From Patescibacteria group bacterium (GTDB taxonomy: Bacteria > Patescibacteriota > Patescibacteriia > UBA9934), in assembly GCA_041659765.1 (NCBI GenBank), contig JBAZXR010000001.1, positions 531,338-595,337 of the forward strand: 64,000 bases of DNA, given 5' to 3'. A program made the position numbers and the translations under genes. Positions 62,244 through 64,000 of this stretch are shown piece by piece; within the stretch, counting starts at the first letter, position 1, and every line of letters begins with the position of its first letter. The notes beneath the pieces were generated by a model. That model worked only from the letters and a program-made list of their open reading frames with translations, made no database searches and had not been told where the DNA came from.

Positions 62244-64000
62244 ATGGCCTCAAAACCCGACGCAAAATCATCCGACTACAGCGCGAAAAATATTACAGTC
62301 CTGGAGGGACTTGATCCGGTGCGCAAGCGCCCGGGCATGTACATTGGCTCAACCGGCCCCGAAGGTCTCCACCATCTTATTTGGGAGGTGGTAGACAACT
62401 GTTTTGATGAAGCCATGGCCGGCCACGCCTCCATGATCACTGTCCATGTCCAACCGGACAACTGGATTAGTGTTGAAGATGACGGCCGCGGTATCCCTGT
62501 AGACATTCACCCCGAGCAAAAGATTTCGGCTCTCGAACTTGTCCTGACCAAGCTGCACGCCGGAGGTAAATTTGGTGGCGAAGCTTCTGGATATAAGGTG
62601 TCTGGTGGTTTGCACGGTGTTGGCGTATCTGTCGTGAACGCACTTTCCGATCATCTGAAGGCCGAGGTTCATCGCGACGGCGAAATTTGGGTGCAGGAAT
62701 ATAAGAAAGGCATCCCAGTAGCAAAAGTGAAGGCTATTGGCAAAACCAAAAAGCGCGGAACCATCATCAGTTTTCACGCTGACAAAACAATTTTTGAGTC
62801 TATCGAGTTCAAGCTCGACACTATCATTGACCACTTGCGCCAGCAGGCATATCTAACCGCCGGGATTCACCTTGAAATTATCGACGAAACCGGCGCCACA
62901 CCAAAGCCCTACGGCTTCTTCTTTGAAGGAGGCGTAGCCTCATACGTTCGCCATCTTAACGAACGCAAAGAGGCCAAGCACCCGAGCGTGTTCTACGTGC
63001 ACAAGGCCGTAGAAAACTGTGATGTCGAAGTCGCCTTGCAATACACGACGGAGTACCACGAGAGCGTGTATTGTTACGCAAACAACATCGTGAACCCTGA
63101 AGGCGGTACCCACATGAACGGCTTTAAAACCGCGCTCACTCGCGTCTTGAATAGCTACGCACGCGTGAAGGGTTATCTCAAAGAGAAAGACCCAAGCCTG
63201 ACTGGCGATGATGCTCGAGAAGGCCTGACGGCAGTGATCAGCGTCAAGATTCCTGAACCGCAGTTTGAAGGTCAAACCAAGGGCAAACTTGGCAACCAGG
63301 AAGTAAAAACCGCGGTTGACGCCGTCTTTGGCGAAGCGCTCCAAATTTTCCTAGAGGAACACCCGCGTGATGCCGAAGAAATAATCGGTAAATGTTTATT
63401 GTCCGCTCGTGCCCGCGCGGCTGCCCGCGCCGCCCGCGATACCGTACTCCGTAAGGGTGTGCTCGACGGCCTGACTCTTCCCGGTAAGTTATCCGACTGC
63501 TCAAGCAAAGACTCCACGAGCACCGAGCTATTCATCGTTGAGGGAGACTCCGCAGGCGGCTCAGCTAAACAAGCTCGCAACCGCGAGTTCCAAGCCATTC
63601 TTCCTCTGCGCGGTAAAATCCTGAACGTTGAACGCGCTCGGCTCGATAAACTCCTGGCCAACAATGAAGTAAAGAACCTGGTCATTGCGCTCGGTACAAA
63701 CATCGGCGAAGCTTTTGACATTACGGCCATGAGATATGGCCGAGTAGTCATCATGACCGACGCTGACGTGGACGGCGCGCACATTCGCACACTTCTGTTG
63801 ACGCTCTTCTATCGTCACTTCCCACAACTAGTTAGCAACGGCAACATCTACATTGCCATGCCTCCACTCTTCCGAATCCAAGTTGGCAAGGAAGTTCGCT
63901 ATGCCTTCGCCGAAGAGGAAAAAATTCAGTTCGTCAAAGAAATGACCGGCGGCAAGGGCGAAGAAGCGCTAAAAAATCATGGCGAGACCACACCGCTTGA
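62244..64000 (+). CDS. gyrB: DNA gyrase subunit B. Partial: continues past the window end.
   Basis: Translation MASKPDAKSSDYSAKNITVLEGLDPVRKRPGMYIGSTGPEGLHHLIWEVVDNCFDEAMAGHA... (GHKL ATPase), with the TOPRIM region later. Not in the ORF track because there is no stop codon within the window. Confidence 0.9.
   Translation, partial: MASKPDAKSSDYSAKNITVLEGLDPVRKRPGMYIGSTGPEGLHHLIWEVVDNCFDEAMAGHASMITVHVQPDNWISVEDDGRGIPVDIHPEQKISALELVLTKLHAGGKFGGEASGYKVSGGLHGVGVSVVNALSDHLKAEVHRDGEIWVQEYKKGIPVAKVKAIGKTKKRGTIISFHADKTIFESIEFKLDTIIDHLRQQAYLTAGIHLEIIDETGATPKPYGFFFEGGVASYVRHLNERKEAKHPSVFYVHKAVENCDVEVALQYTTEYHESVYCYANNIVNPEGGTHMNGFKTALTRVLNSYARVKGYLKEKDPSLTGDDAREGLTAVISVKIPEPQFEGQTKGKLGNQEVKTAVDAVFGEALQIFLEEHPRDAEEIIGKCLLSARARAAARAARDTVLRKGVLDGLTLPGKLSDCSSKDSTSTELFIVEGDSAGGSAKQARNREFQAILPLRGKILNVERARLDKLLANNEVKNLVIALGTNIGEAFDITAMRYGRVVIMTDADVDGAHIRTLLLTLFYRHFPQLVSNGNIYIAMPPLFRIQVGKEVRYAFAEEEKIQFVKEMTGGKGEEALKNHGETTPL

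Noticed and set aside
1-64000. CRISPR arrays, rRNA and tRNA genes
   Set aside because: No regularly spaced direct repeats with unique spacers were seen. Intergenic regions are short and lack tRNA T-loop/acceptor features (e.g. the GGTTCGAT at 53617 has no pairing stems), and there is no rRNA-like conserved sequence.

Overview
This 64-kb window looks bacterial, with about 55% GC and densely packed, mostly minus-strand genes. The gene content (giant surface proteins, a C39-like peptidase, a GT2-DUF2304 pair, many glycosyltransferases, ribosomal proteins with extended tails) suggests an uncultivated small-genome lineage, possibly Patescibacteria/CPR; this is inference only.

Layout by region:
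- 1-12.9 kb: an envelope-glycan cluster (dTDP-rhamnose enzymes, a GT-C-like membrane protein, two GT4, GT2+DUF2304, a UXS-like epimerase) plus NUDIX, HIT and CDP-alcohol phosphatidyltransferase genes.
- 12.9-25.1 kb: a co-directional minus-strand block of ECF sigma, DUF5667-like anti-sigma candidate, a ~1400-aa surface protein, a ~980-aa MopE-like Cys-rich repeat protein, a TPR protein and an S8 protease with FG-GAP repeats.
- 25.1-32.2 kb: an RHS polymorphic-toxin island. It holds an HTH gene, a 1890-aa SpvB/FG-GAP/YD-repeat protein with a WHH-type HNH nuclease tip, a candidate immunity gene and an orphan RHS core fragment, bounded by a 37-bp perfect direct repeat.
- 32.2-43.7 kb: a GT4, a C39-like peptidase, a TM0106 RecB-like nuclease, cyclophilin, metK, a standalone RpoA alpha-CTD-like protein, a DEAD-box helicase and several hypotheticals.
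- 43.7-46.1 kb: a lexA - small ORF - dinB SOS cassette.
- 46.1-64 kb: housekeeping genes (eno, pgk, gap, tsf, rpsB, rdgB, queA, rpmE, prfA, prmC, rplY, a SEDS protein, gyrB partial).

The least explained signal is two novel repeat layers:
(i) Three families of short (about 20-39 bp) near-perfect palindromes recur in-frame inside at least seven unrelated CDSs, encoding short peptide inserts. This resembles Rickettsia palindromic elements in miniature.
(ii) An about 75-bp MITE/REP-like long-hairpin element occurs on both sides of a small GIY-YIG nuclease gene and again as a solo copy at the prfA-prmC junction.

I also noted a conserved nested-hairpin terminator family after three small genes. 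No rRNA, tRNA or CRISPR was seen.
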